Source of the DNA: an uncultured delta proteobacterium
GTDB taxonomy: Bacteria > Desulfobacterota > Desulfobacteria > Desulfobacterales > B30-G6
Assembly: GCA_963823335.1 (NCBI GenBank)
Contig: CAWGLD010000002.1
Span: 64,001-128,000 of the forward strand
Direction of reading: 5' to 3'
DNA: 64,000 nucleotides
Shown here in pieces: positions 51,029 to 61,442 of this stretch. Position numbers and translations under genes: made by a program. Position 1 is the stretch's first letter; each line of letters begins with the position of its first letter. A model generated the notes under the pieces. That model had not been told where the DNA came from and ran no database searches. It was given only the letters and a program-made list of their open reading frames with translations.

Positions 51029-52810
51029 TTAGACGGCCCGCCGACGGAGCGTCGCAGCGTAAAAATCCTCCGCGGGGCCGCTGGAGTGCTCAGCAGCGAT
51101 TTGTTCCAGATACTCTTTCTGCGCTCCGGAGCGAGACAGTTTTCCAGACGTCGTTCTATGTAAGGTGTTTCGGGGTACCAACTCTATCAGGCAGTCAATG
51201 CCAAACTCTTCTCGAATCTGGCGGTGCAATCGCTTCCGCAAGTCGGCGCGTTTTTCTTCATCGGATTCGCGGCACTCCACCATCATAACGGCTCTTTCTT
51301 CTCCATTGGCGCCGGTTATCGAGAATGCCGATGTATCTCCGGTGCGTACCTCGGTCTGCTGTTCCGCCAGGTATTCAAGGTCCTGGGGCCAGATATTGCG
51401 ACCGTTGAGAATAATCAGGTCTTTTTCACGGCCTGTAATCACGATACTTTTTCCAACGCGATAGGCCAGGTCTCCGGTGTTTAACCAGCCATCGGGAGAT
51501 AAAACGTCACGGGTGGAAAGGAGATCCCCAAAATAGCCGGACATGATACTGGGACCGCGGACATAGAGTGTGCCACAATGCCGTTCTGGTAAGACCTCTC
51601 CCTGCTCATTTCTTACTTCTACTTCATATCCGGGCAGCGGGGCACCGCAGTTGGTGAAACTGCTTGTGTGCAGGGATTTGTTGTTCTGTGAAGGATGCAG
51701 CGGTATGGCTTTTTGCTCCGTTGCCAGTGTATCGGTATCCACATGGTCGACATCAAGCCCCTGGCCGAGGGGTGAAAAAGTTACGGCAAGAGAGCACTCC
51801 GCCATTCCGTAGCACGGTGTAAACGCGTGCCGGTCAAAGCCGGCGGGCGCCAGAAGGTCGGCGAAACTGTCGAGCGGTTCGGTACGAATCGGCTCCGCTC
51901 CGACACCGGCAACCCGCCAGGAGCTGAGATCGAAATTTTGGACTTCTTTCTCGCGTACGCGTCTGGCCGCCAATTCGTATCCGAAGGGCGGGCTGACGGA
52001 AAGGGTCCCTTTGTTTTGCGACATCAATGTCAGCCAAAGCCGGGGTCGCATGGCAAAATCCCGTGTGCTCAGGTAGTCCACTGACAACTGGGCAGCCATA
52101 GGAGCCAGTACGAGGCCGACGAGTCCCATATCGTGAAAGTAGGGAAGCCAGGAGACCGCCCGATCTTCCGACCGGACATGAATACCATGTTTAATAATGG
52201 CAAACAGGTTGTTGAGCACGGCTTTCTGGGTGATCATGACACCACGAGGAAAGCGTGTGCTGCCGGAAGTATATTGCAGGTATGCTATCTCATGAGGTTC
52301 CGAGGGGTGCAAGGGGGCGCTGGATTCCGGAAGATCATAAAACTCCTGGGGACTGCCTATGAAACGCATTTTCAGATCCTGGGCAGCTTCCTTTAAATAA
52401 GAAAGAAACCCCTCGGGTGCCATACCTATATCTGCCTGGCAGATGGAGAGGAGCCTCCTCAGTTGAGAAACGTATGCTTTTCGCCCACCCAAGTGAACTG
52501 AAGCCGGCAGCGGTACGGGTATTAAACCGGCGTACTGGCAGGCATAAAAGAATCGCATGAAATCAGGGTGGGTATCGGCCACGATCGCCACACGCGAACC
52601 GCGGTTTGTGCCTAGATGAATTAGGCGGCGCGCCAGCGCCTGCGCATCTCTTTTAAGTTCTGCGTATGGCAACCTGGCATATAATTTTAACGCGCTGGTA
52701 TAATAGTTGTATCCTGTTTTTCCCTGAGCTGCATAATCGAGCGCTTCTGCTAACGTAGAAAAATCAGCGATCCGCAACGGCAGACCGCTCACGGCAGGTG
52801 TAGCATCCAT
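51029..52810 (-). CDS. Fatty acyl-AMP ligase
   Basis: LQYTSGSTRFPRGV, SWLP..HDMGL, CYGMAE, GRNIWPQD, TTSGKL. Confidence 0.9.
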   Translation of the reverse strand: MDATPAVSGLPLRIADFSTLAEALDYAAQGKTGYNYYTSALKLYARLPYAELKRDAQALARRLIHLGTNRGSRVAIVADTHPDFMRFFYACQYAGLIPVPLPASVHLGGRKAYVSQLRRLLSICQADIGMAPEGFLSYLKEAAQDLKMRFIGSPQEFYDLPESSAPLHPSEPHEIAYLQYTSGSTRFPRGVMITQKAVLNNLFAIIKHGIHVRSEDRAVSWLPYFHDMGLVGLVLAPMAAQLSVDYLSTRDFAMRPRLWLTLMSQNKGTLSVSPPFGYELAARRVREKEVQNFDLSSWRVAGVGAEPIRTEPLDSFADLLAPAGFDRHAFTPCYGMAECSLAVTFSPLGQGLDVDHVDTDTLATEQKAIPLHPSQNNKSLHTSSFTNCGAPLPGYEVEVRNEQGEVLPERHCGTLYVRGPSIMSGYFGDLLSTRDVLSPDGWLNTGDLAYRVGKSIVITGREKDLIILNGRNIWPQDLEYLAEQQTEVRTGDTSAFSITGANGEERAVMMVECRESDEEKRADLRKRLHRQIREEFGIDCLIELVPRNTLHRTTSGKLSRSGAQKEYLEQIAAEHSSGPAEDFYAATLRRRAV

Positions 52811-53034
52811 AGCGACTATAGCCTCCTATATGCAATCAGGTCAGTGAAGCATCTTTCCATAACAGAAATAGCCTTACTAACCTAAAATCCGAAAATCAAC
52901 ACTGATATCGTTTTTTTTCATATCTAAATACAATTCATTTACCGACATGGCTTTTACCTGATTTAGACTTAAATGTCAAATGCTTGATGGATTAATTTTA
53001 AAAGCCGACTAAAATTAAGCTTACTAATATATAT

Positions 53035-53838
53035 TCAAGTTTGCTCTTTTGCAACATTTTTTTCTACCAATTCCCAGTCACTGACCGAATCGACGTCCAC
53101 AGCAGCGTCGGCAAAAGGCATGATAACGGCACCCGCCTTAAATCCAAAACGCTTTGAAATAATAGATAATATGTCATAAAGGGACAGCTTTCCCATCAGA
53201 TAACGCAGCACCGCTACCCATCCAAATTTTCGAATCATACGAAAGGGCTTTTTGCGCTCGGACTCTACCTGCCGCCAGTAATTCGCTGCCAGACGTGCCT
53301 CCGGGGTCAGGAAAGCGAACAGGTTACATCCGCAATAAGCACCATCCTGCAACCGTGTGGCGGTTCTACGCGTTTCGGGGTGGGCTTTCATCACATCCTC
53401 GTGCCGGGCAACGCCGACAACCACATCGCAATTTGTGGTCCTTGCCTCGCTACAAAAATAGTCCACCATCCGTGGGGTCAACATGGCATGGTCCGCCGTT
53501 GTCAATAAAACCGGAATGTCCTTGGGCAGGGTTTGCAGAACATGATAGGCACTTGAACTTGGTGTCTCCCGGTTTTCAAACCAGGCGATTTTTCCGCTTG
53601 CAATCAGATCCAGAAGACCGGATTCCCGGTCTACAATGTGTTTGGGCGGGCCACACAAAATCCTCTGGTCGATTTCCCGGGATGCATCCAGCGCGCTTAA
53701 AACGCGAAAAACCATCGGGATGCCGCCAATGGGTGCCAAGGATTTACATGGAACACCAGCGGCCTTGGCAACGGGGTCATCGGGGCTGCGGTCTGCGGCA
53801 AGAACCAGGGCCGTAAATTTATCTTGTGGCTGAATCAT
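53035..53838 (-). CDS. MobA-like NTP transferase
   Basis: ALVLAA.R..DPVA...KSL, LTTADH, AAVDVD. Confidence 0.75.
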   Translation of the reverse strand: MIQPQDKFTALVLAADRSPDDPVAKAAGVPCKSLAPIGGIPMVFRVLSALDASREIDQRILCGPPKHIVDRESGLLDLIASGKIAWFENRETPSSSAYHVLQTLPKDIPVLLTTADHAMLTPRMVDYFCSEARTTNCDVVVGVARHEDVMKAHPETRRTATRLQDGAYCGCNLFAFLTPEARLAANYWRQVESERKKPFRMIRKFGWVAVLRYLMGKLSLYDILSIISKRFGFKAGAVIMPFADAAVDVDSVSDWELVEKNVAKEQT

Positions 53839-53921
53839 CGTGTCGACGATTTTATTCCGTCATTTAAGACCTGGTCCTTTGGGCCGGGTCAGAGATATGT
53901 GGCTATGCCGATGGTGGCAGT

Positions 53922-54228
53922 TACACAAATCCGAAGCACGAAATTCGAAATCCTAAACAATATCGAATGATCCAAATTCGAATGATCAAAACAAGACCTT
54001 GGAAATAATCGTTCAAGCACTATGTTTGAACCGAAAAAGCGAGCGCATTCCCCGTAGGTTCTGCCGTTCGGCAGTGCTTCGCATGCTGCGGGGTTAGCGA
54101 GCGAATCTAGATTAGACAGAATTCCTTACGGTCGAACATTCCTCGTAGCTTGCTGCGAGCTTCAATCATTTGAGCATTTGATATTTGGATTTGTTTCGCA
54201 TTTCGATATTTGGATTTAGAATTTATCA
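53922..54228. repeat. Inverted 7-mer tracts enclosing a palindromic (gcttgctgcg-type) repeat
   Basis: cgaaat/cgaatg-type repeats at left, tttcga/tttgga-type at right; interior similar to 56580-56670 and 62460-62490. Confidence 0.55.
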
Positions 54229-54302
54229 CACCCTGAATATGCATAATATTAATCCCTTATAGGGCCGAACCAGTGCCGGGCCCTTTGGACCCGGGTATCT
54301 AC

Positions 54303-55490
54303 TCAGCTGTCACTCCCTGCCAACTGCTTGCTGTAAATACGGTAGGTTTTATAGACCCAGCCGCCAATAGATTCGATTATGGCGCGCATTCCCTTATTGT
54401 CCTCCAGGATCCAGGAAAGTTCCACTTCTTTAATACCGCGGCTTACGCCATATTGCTGGGTACTGCTGATTACGCCGAATGCAAGGGCTGCCCCCATGAG
54501 GCTGTCGTGAAATCGGCAGCGAACGCCCATCAGGGGGATTCGTGCCGATTTCGGGTATCTTACTTTGAGACGCCATAATATTTTAAGCCAGCCAAAGGGC
54601 AAAAGCCTGCCGTTTAGATCCCGAATGACCTCATTTAAGTTCGGCAGGACAACTATGAAGGCGGCCGGTTCGCCATCGACTTCGGCGATTTTCACCAGTT
54701 TTTCATCGGCCAGCATTTTTAAATCCTTACCCAGGTGCTCGAATTCCTTGTTCGTGAAAGGCACAAAACTCCAGTTCTGTGACCAGGCATCATTGAAAAT
54801 ATCCCTGATTATCTGTAATTCATCAGAAAAGTTAGACATGTTCAGGTTTCTGATGTGCATTCGATTCTTGGCCCTCGCCAGGATGGATTTAGCTGCCGCG
54901 GGCATCTCAACTGTCGAGTTTATGTTATACGCCAGCAGGTCTTTTGTTTTGCGATAGCCATTTTCTTCGATTCGGTCGCCGTAATAGGGACACGCATGGC
55001 CCATCATCATCGATGGTGGGGTGTCGAAACCGTCCACCAGCAATCCCAGTTCCTGATTGATGGACAGGTTAAAAGGGCCGTAGATCCGTTGCATTCCCCG
55101 GTTGCGCAACCATGCTTCCGCCTCATTCAGCAAGGTTTGAAAAAGCCGGCTGTTGTCCGCTGCTTCCAACATCCCGAAAAAACCGGTGGCATCCTGATAG
55201 CGGTCAATATGCAGCTGGTCGATTTGAGCACTGACCCGTCCTACAGGTTTACCATCCTGGTAGGCAACCCATGAACAAAATTTTGCATGTTCAAAATAGG
55301 GATTTTTGGGAGAAAGATGCATACGACGTTCAAGGAGCAGGGGCGGAACCCACATCGGGTCATTGGCATAAAGCGACCAGGGAAGGCGAATAAAGTCATT
55401 TAAGGTGTTACGGTTTTCCACCTTTACGATCTTTATTTTTTCGTCGGGATGCCCGGGTTGATGGCTCCCTGGCACTTTCGCAAAATTCAT
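54303..55490 (-). CDS. GNAT-fold N-acyltransferase (candidate bacterial ceramide synthase, bCerS-like)
   Basis: DPMWVPPL, NPYF.HA, GRVSAQID, GPFNLSINQE.GLL, ELSWILEDN, YKTYRIY; context. Confidence 0.75.
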   Translation of the reverse strand: MNFAKVPGSHQPGHPDEKIKIVKVENRNTLNDFIRLPWSLYANDPMWVPPLLLERRMHLSPKNPYFEHAKFCSWVAYQDGKPVGRVSAQIDQLHIDRYQDATGFFGMLEAADNSRLFQTLLNEAEAWLRNRGMQRIYGPFNLSINQELGLLVDGFDTPPSMMMGHACPYYGDRIEENGYRKTKDLLAYNINSTVEMPAAAKSILARAKNRMHIRNLNMSNFSDELQIIRDIFNDAWSQNWSFVPFTNKEFEHLGKDLKMLADEKLVKIAEVDGEPAAFIVVLPNLNEVIRDLNGRLLPFGWLKILWRLKVRYPKSARIPLMGVRCRFHDSLMGAALAFGVISSTQQYGVSRGIKEVELSWILEDNKGMRAIIESIGGWVYKTYRIYSKQLAGSDS

Positions 55491-55759
55491 GCAATTGTCC
55501 TCGGTCTGATTTCTGGGGGCATATGACGCCCAAATATCGTTTCGGGGCATGATACACAGGCAGTAAAACCAGGTCAATATTAAAAACGTACGTTGATATT
55601 GCCTATCTTTTTAGATATATTTCATTTTTAGCAAAGAACTCTTTACAAAAAAAATTAATTTTGTATTGTAAAGAGTTTTCGGCAGTGGGTAAAGTTATAG
55701 AAAATACCTTGGATTCTTCAATTGATGAACCTGATTATGTTACAAGTGGAAATAACCCT

Positions 55760-56551
55760 ATGAAAGCAGTCATATTAAGTGCAGGGCAGGGGAAACGTCT
55801 GCTGCCACTGACAGCGGATCGCCCAAAATGCATTCTTCCCATTAGGGGACAGACTCTCGTTGAATGGCAAATTGACGAACTTGCCAAATGTGGAATCGAC
55901 CAGGTGACCGTTGTCGTGGGGTATCGTGCGCACAAAGTCGAAGAAATTCTGCGCGCACGTTATAGTTCCAACCGGGTACGTACGGTTTACAATGAGGCTT
56001 TTGCTGTTTCAGACAACCTGGTGAGCTGCTGGACTGTCCAGGACGAGATGGACGAAGAATTTATTTTACTGAACGGCGATACCTTGTTTGAGGCGGCTGT
56101 GTTGAAGCGTTTACTTGGCACAGGCGGTCATCCCGTAACCGTGGTCATCAACCAGAAAAATGCCTATGACGCGGACGACATGAAGGTCGAACTGGAAGGG
56201 TGCCGACTGGTCAAGATCGGCAAAGATCTATCGCCCGGTCAGGTTCACGGTGAATCCATCGGTATGATCCTGTTTCAAGACCAGGGCCCGATGTTGTTCC
56301 GCGACGCCATGGAGAAAGCCCTGCGCGATCCTGCTGCACAGAAAAAATACTATCTGTCGGTCATCGATGATCTGGCCCGGAAATTTCCGGTGTGGACCTG
56401 CTTGATTAACGGTCTGCAGTGGTGTGAAGTCGATTTTAAAGCAGACCTTAAACAGGCGGAAAAAGTCGTAGCGGCCTGTTGCCCCGACCGGCAGAGGAAC
56501 GCCGGAGACGACACCTGCCAGTCAACCGGGGCAACCCTGTCGAACCTCTAA
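55760..56551 (+). CDS. Nucleotidyltransferase (LicC/phosphocholine cytidylyltransferase-like)
   Basis: ILSAGQGKRL.PLT..PK, LNGD, DDMKV, GESIG, WCEVD. Confidence 0.82.
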   Translation: MKAVILSAGQGKRLLPLTADRPKCILPIRGQTLVEWQIDELAKCGIDQVTVVVGYRAHKVEEILRARYSSNRVRTVYNEAFAVSDNLVSCWTVQDEMDEEFILLNGDTLFEAAVLKRLLGTGGHPVTVVINQKNAYDADDMKVELEGCRLVKIGKDLSPGQVHGESIGMILFQDQGPMLFRDAMEKALRDPAAQKKYYLSVIDDLARKFPVWTCLINGLQWCEVDFKADLKQAEKVVAACCPDRQRNAGDDTCQSTGATLSNL

Positions 56552-56701
56552 CCCAGCTATGTTGCCGGCTCAACGAACGAACCTGTATCTGTATTTGACA
56601 GAATTCCTCACAACTCAAGACTCCTTGCAGCTTGTAGAAGATCCTGTTTTATCAGGCGGCCTGGAATCTTCGATCTAAAAATCGGATAGTTATAGGACAA
56701 A

Positions 56702-57778
56702 ATGATTATTGACCGTTATATAATGCGGGAAATCATCAAACCAACGCTGGCGATCTGTGCGATCCTGATCTTGATTTTTGGGTGCTACATGGCAACGGGT
56801 TTCCTGATGGACGCTCTTGCCGGTCAATTACCGGGTACAACGATCCTCCTGCTAATTCTGCTTAGAATCGTTATCGCGCTGGAGGTGTTGTTACCCACTA
56901 CCTTGTATTTGTCGGTGGTCATCGCCCTTGGACGGCTGTATAAAGATTCAGAAATGACCGCTCTATTTGCTTGTGGTGTCGGTACCGGGCGCGTGTTACA
57001 GCCGGTCTTTTACTCCGCCCTGATCATTGCGCTGATTGTTGCCAGCCTGTCCCTTTTCATAAGACCCTTGGCTTACGACAGATATTACCGATTAAAGGCC
57101 CAGGCCCAGGGAACGTTCGATCTTTCTCGCATGAATGACGAAACTTTTTATGAAACTGCGGACGGCAGACGCATCATCTACGCCCAAAAGGTAGACCACC
57201 AGCGAGATAGAGCCAAACGCGTTTTTATTCGAACTGAACGTGATGATACGTTGCAGGTTATTCATGCCAGGCGAGCCAGTCAAACCGAAGATCCAGTATC
57301 CGGAAAAAAAATTATCGTATTCAGCGATGGCTATCTTTATGAATTTTCGCGCACAGGAGACCATGGCAGGGTCCTTCAATTTGAAAAATCAGCAATGACC
57401 TTGGAGCCCACAGAAAATCTGCTGCTGCGGTACCGTGTCAAAGCGGCCACGACCAGATCTATTGCCCGGTCGACCGATCGTGAAGAAATCGCCGAATTCC
57501 AGTGGCGCCTTTCGACGCCGTTGGCCACTATCATGCTGGCGCTGTTGGGTGTCCCACTGAGCCGCTCATCCCCACGCCAGGACAAATATACCAAAGTCAC
57601 CACGGCCGTGGTGATTTTTGCCGTTTATTACAATCTCAGCGCCTTGGCAAAGAAGTGGGTTGAAAAAGGTGTCCTCGATACCTTTCCTGGAATTTGGTGG
57701 GTTCAGTTTCTGATGGCCGGACTGTTGTTGTGTCTTTTCTGGCAGCCAATGCTGGATTTCTTCCGGCGGGGCAGGTAA
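56702..57778 (+). CDS. lptF: LptF-family permease
   Basis: IIDRYIMREI, LGRLYKDSEMTAL..CG, AEFQWR. Confidence 0.88.
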   Translation: MIIDRYIMREIIKPTLAICAILILIFGCYMATGFLMDALAGQLPGTTILLLILLRIVIALEVLLPTTLYLSVVIALGRLYKDSEMTALFACGVGTGRVLQPVFYSALIIALIVASLSLFIRPLAYDRYYRLKAQAQGTFDLSRMNDETFYETADGRRIIYAQKVDHQRDRAKRVFIRTERDDTLQVIHARRASQTEDPVSGKKIIVFSDGYLYEFSRTGDHGRVLQFEKSAMTLEPTENLLLRYRVKAATTRSIARSTDREEIAEFQWRLSTPLATIMLALLGVPLSRSSPRQDKYTKVTTAVVIFAVYYNLSALAKKWVEKGVLDTFPGIWWVQFLMAGLLLCLFWQPMLDFFRRGR

Positions 57779-57785
57779 TACCTAA

Positions 57786-58853
57786 ATGAAAACCATCGAT
57801 CGACATATCGGCAGCAGTTTCCTGCGCAGCTTCGGGCTGGTTGTGATCATTTTGGTCGTGTTGTTCAGTTTTCTGGAATTGTTGTCCCAGTTGGATGATG
57901 CCGGCAAAGGGAATTATCAGGTCCAGGATGTTTTTTTGTTCATTGGTTTGACACTCCCGAAACGCATGCTTGACTTGATGCCTATCAGTACATTGCTCGG
58001 CAGCGTCGTCGCCCTGGGTTTACTGGCCGACCATGGAGAACTGCTCGCCATGCAGGCCGGCGGAATATCGGTTCAGCGGATTTGCTGGTCGATGTTTGCC
58101 ACTGGAATGGTTCTGATATTTTTAACCGCCCTGCTGGCAGAAATGATTGTGCCGCCACTGGACCAGCTGGCCCGCAAAAATAGAGCCCGGGCAATATCCG
58201 GCTCAGAATTCACATTAACAAAGCAGGGCTTCTGGGCGCGACGTGGTTCTACATATATCCATGTCGGTAAAACGCATTCCGGCGGTGTTGCCAACGATCT
58301 GGATATTTTCGAGGCGGATGAGACGGGCCGTCTAAAGACGTATACATATGCCCGCGAGGCGAACATCCAGAACAAGGATCAATGGGTACTCAGGGAGATT
58401 ACCCGCAAAAAATTTACCGATGAGGGTATGGAAACAACACGCATGCCCAGTTTGATACTGGATTCGTTTTTAAGCTCGGAACAGGTTGGATTTCTTGAAA
58501 TACCGGCTGACAGTCTGTCTTCTTCCGATCTTTACCGGTATGCTGAGGCCATGCGTGCAAATGGACAAAATGTCGATCGTTATGCGTTGTCTCTGTGGCG
58601 CAAGTTAAGCGTGCCTTTGTCGACCGGTGCTATGGTGTTACTTTCGCTTACGTTTGTTTTCGGCTTCACGCGCAGGATCACAGCTGGTAAACGTATCATG
58701 ATGGGTTCCTTTGTAGGGGTTATTTTTTATTCCGGCGACCAGGTTATTGTCCATCTGGGGCTGCTGTTGAGCCTCAGTCCCATGATTACCGCGATGACTC
58801 CGGTCGTATTGATTTCAGCAATTGCGCTCTGGAAATTGCGACGGGTGGTATAA
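57786..58853 (+). CDS. lptG: LptG-family permease
   Basis: MKTIDRHI, LG.LA..GELLAMQAGG.S, LWRKL. Confidence 0.88.
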   Translation: MKTIDRHIGSSFLRSFGLVVIILVVLFSFLELLSQLDDAGKGNYQVQDVFLFIGLTLPKRMLDLMPISTLLGSVVALGLLADHGELLAMQAGGISVQRICWSMFATGMVLIFLTALLAEMIVPPLDQLARKNRARAISGSEFTLTKQGFWARRGSTYIHVGKTHSGGVANDLDIFEADETGRLKTYTYAREANIQNKDQWVLREITRKKFTDEGMETTRMPSLILDSFLSSEQVGFLEIPADSLSSSDLYRYAEAMRANGQNVDRYALSLWRKLSVPLSTGAMVLLSLTFVFGFTRRITAGKRIMMGSFVGVIFYSGDQVIVHLGLLLSLSPMITAMTPVVLISAIALWKLRRVV

Positions 58854-58898
58854 TCCTTTTGATTCAACATTCGATGTTGGGCGTTCGATGTTCGATGT

Positions 58899-59912
58899 TC
58901 ATTCGTTTTTTTGCACCGGGTTACTGAGCCGTTGCTCACTCTCTCTGATAAATCGCTTGTCAGAGGGTGAGTAAATGCGGATCTCACGTCTTACTATCCA
59001 ACCAGTGTCGACGTGTGTTATACGATAGATATCGTAACGGGCGCGGCGTTCAGGTGTGCGGCTGAGAGCCGAAACCGAAGGTATGCCGACAACCGGCAGA
59101 TTGCCACTCTGGGTTTGCAGGTTGTGCCGCAGGGCCTCATGAGCGTGACCATGCAGAATCAACTCGGCGCCATAACGCGCCAGAAGCGCCTGCAAGGCCG
59201 TCGCATCTGTCAGGCGTTTTCGCCAGCTGACCGAACCGGGTACCGGTGGATGGTGGATCAGCACGACCCGGTAAAATCGTTTTCGGGCTGTTTGGGACAA
59301 GATTGTGGCCAGTTTTTGCAACTGGCTTATACCGACACTTCCCACGGCCAAATGCGGTGCGCTGGGCCGGGCAGTGCAAACACCGATAATGGCAACACAG
59401 CCCCTGGTGCGTAAGCTGGGAAAGATGGCGTTGGTACCTTCTAAACTGTGGTCATCTTTTTGGAGGTTTTCCGAGAGCATATAGTCGGTCCAGTGGGCCA
59501 TGGTTTGATGCCAGTCGGTTTTAACATAGGTGTCGTGATTACCGGGAATGACGGTAATTTTTGTCGGGGGGCCTAAGGACTGCAGCCATTGTCTGGCTTT
59601 TATAAATTCGGCCGGTAGGCTCAGGTGAGTCAGATCGCCGGTGACGGCAATGTGATCGGGGTCCGTCCGGGCAAGGTCTGTTTTCAGGGCTGCCAAAACG
59701 TGATCTCCGTGCTCGGCACCGCGGTGCAGTTTCCATCTTAAATACCCCAACAGGCGTTTACCGGCCAAATCCCGGCCGGTAATCTCCTTCATGCAGGAAA
59801 TATGCGGGTCGGAAAGATGGGCCAACGCAAACGTTTTAGACGCCACCTGTTTATCCGGTATGGGAGATCGATCATCGATCGTTTGGGATATGGTGAATTT
59901 TTTAGAAATCAT
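58899..59912 (-). CDS. Metallophosphoesterase
   Basis: HLSDPH, TGDL, PGNHD, HHPP, HGHAH. Confidence 0.88.
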   Translation of the reverse strand: MISKKFTISQTIDDRSPIPDKQVASKTFALAHLSDPHISCMKEITGRDLAGKRLLGYLRWKLHRGAEHGDHVLAALKTDLARTDPDHIAVTGDLTHLSLPAEFIKARQWLQSLGPPTKITVIPGNHDTYVKTDWHQTMAHWTDYMLSENLQKDDHSLEGTNAIFPSLRTRGCVAIIGVCTARPSAPHLAVGSVGISQLQKLATILSQTARKRFYRVVLIHHPPVPGSVSWRKRLTDATALQALLARYGAELILHGHAHEALRHNLQTQSGNLPVVGIPSVSALSRTPERRARYDIYRITHVDTGWIVRREIRIYSPSDKRFIRESEQRLSNPVQKNE

Positions 59913-60060
59913 TTGTGGTTGATATAGTAATTAGATATTTATTGCAAGCAGCCGGCCTTAACGATTGAAGAACCCGGCAGCAAGATCCAGGTGAGCTCAG
60001 TCGTGCCACCACGGGGGCTGTGCTCGCTGCAGCGGCTCAACGCCGATGGTCCAATGGTTG

Positions 60061-60188
60061 ATTGTTCTACAAACCGCGTGCTTGGCCCGCGGTTCCGAAC
60101 CTGAACTTACGGAGACGTGCCGTCTCCTTTGTTTTTCCCCCATTTTGGGGGAAATCCAAGCCACCCGTTTCACGGGTGGTAGTTGACT
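60061..60188. repeat. Non-autonomous IS200/IS605-like palindromic element, copy 2
   Basis: Homologous to 23337-23451; reverse strand begins agtcaactaccacccgtgaaacgggtggcttg. Confidence 0.75.
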
Positions 60189-60216
60189 TCGATCTGTCCG
60201 AAAGAGGATACGATAT

Positions 60217-61413
60217 ATGTCTATTTCTGGTCACATAATCGGTGACAGTCCCGTAAAAATATGGGGATTGACATCTTACGAACGAAAATCTCGTGTTCTA
60301 AAAAGTGCTGGTGTGACACACATTGTGGATGATATTGCCGCTGTGCCGGAGGGCAGTTCGGTCCTGTTGCTCAGGGGCGATTTACTGTTTGATGACCGGG
60401 TGATCAACTACCTGGTGCAGACACCTGATACCCTGTTGAAGATTCCGCAAGGGCCCACAGATGTATGTGTTGCCGCACATGTTGCCATGGACCAGGCCAT
60501 TGAAGCCCGGAACGCGATTTCAGAACCATCCAGCACGGTATTTCCAGTGGGAATAAAGATCGAAACACTGGATAAGCTGTCCATCTCTTTTCAACAAAGG
60601 CTGCTCAAATTCGATCCACCCTTTGTGCTGCCGATCAAATCTGAGCACAAACGAGATTTAGAGCGTCGGCTTTTTGACTGGTCATATAAAGGGGTGACCG
60701 ATTGTGTCACCAAGTGGGTCTGGCCGCGCCCGGCGCGATGGGTTGTCGGCCAATGTGTCCGCTTTGGATTTCGACCGAACCATGTAACCGTTCTGGGCTT
60801 GTTTCTGGCCATACTGGCAGGAATTTTATTTGCTTATGGCTGGTATGGCTCGGGCTTGCTGGCCGGCTGGCTGATGACATTTTTGGATACTGTGGATGGT
60901 AAACTGGCCCGTGTTACCGTTACGTCCAGCAAGTTCGGTCATTATTTCGATCACATCATTGATCTGGTCCATCCACCCCTGTGGTACATTTTCTGGGGGT
61001 TGGGTATGTCCCAGGTCAATTTTGGCGGGTTGTCCCGTACCATTGTATTCTGGATGATCGTGGCCGGCTATATCGGCGGTCGTCTTGTGGAAGGTGTTTT
61101 TCTGACCTGGCTGGGCAAATTCGGAATCTTCTGCTGGCGTCCCATGGACGCTTATTTTAGACTGATTACGGCGCGGCGCAATCCGTGTTTGCTTTTGTTG
61201 ACAGTCGGTTATCTTACGGGTTTTCCGGACTGGGGTTTGTTTGCGGTGGCCGTCTGGACCGTGGCGACCAGCATTTTCCTGCTTATACGCCTTCTGATGG
61301 CACTCAAAACACGGCTGGCGGATGGTCCCATACGGACCTGGTTTTTGGATATCGACCCGGGCAGGCGGCAGCAACCACTGGCAGTCAGATTGTTTACGCA
61401 TCGCGTGGAGTGA
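60217..61413 (+). CDS. CDP-alcohol phosphotransferase with N-terminal extension (CpgA-like)
   Basis: KGVTD.VTK, PNHVT, DTVDGKLAR...S..G..FD..ID. Confidence 0.85.
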   Translation: MSISGHIIGDSPVKIWGLTSYERKSRVLKSAGVTHIVDDIAAVPEGSSVLLLRGDLLFDDRVINYLVQTPDTLLKIPQGPTDVCVAAHVAMDQAIEARNAISEPSSTVFPVGIKIETLDKLSISFQQRLLKFDPPFVLPIKSEHKRDLERRLFDWSYKGVTDCVTKWVWPRPARWVVGQCVRFGFRPNHVTVLGLFLAILAGILFAYGWYGSGLLAGWLMTFLDTVDGKLARVTVTSSKFGHYFDHIIDLVHPPLWYIFWGLGMSQVNFGGLSRTIVFWMIVAGYIGGRLVEGVFLTWLGKFGIFCWRPMDAYFRLITARRNPCLLLLTVGYLTGFPDWGLFAVAVWTVATSIFLLIRLLMALKTRLADGPIRTWFLDIDPGRRQQPLAVRLFTHRVE

Positions 61414-61442
61414 TTGAGAGATACGCTTTTGGAGAGGTATAG

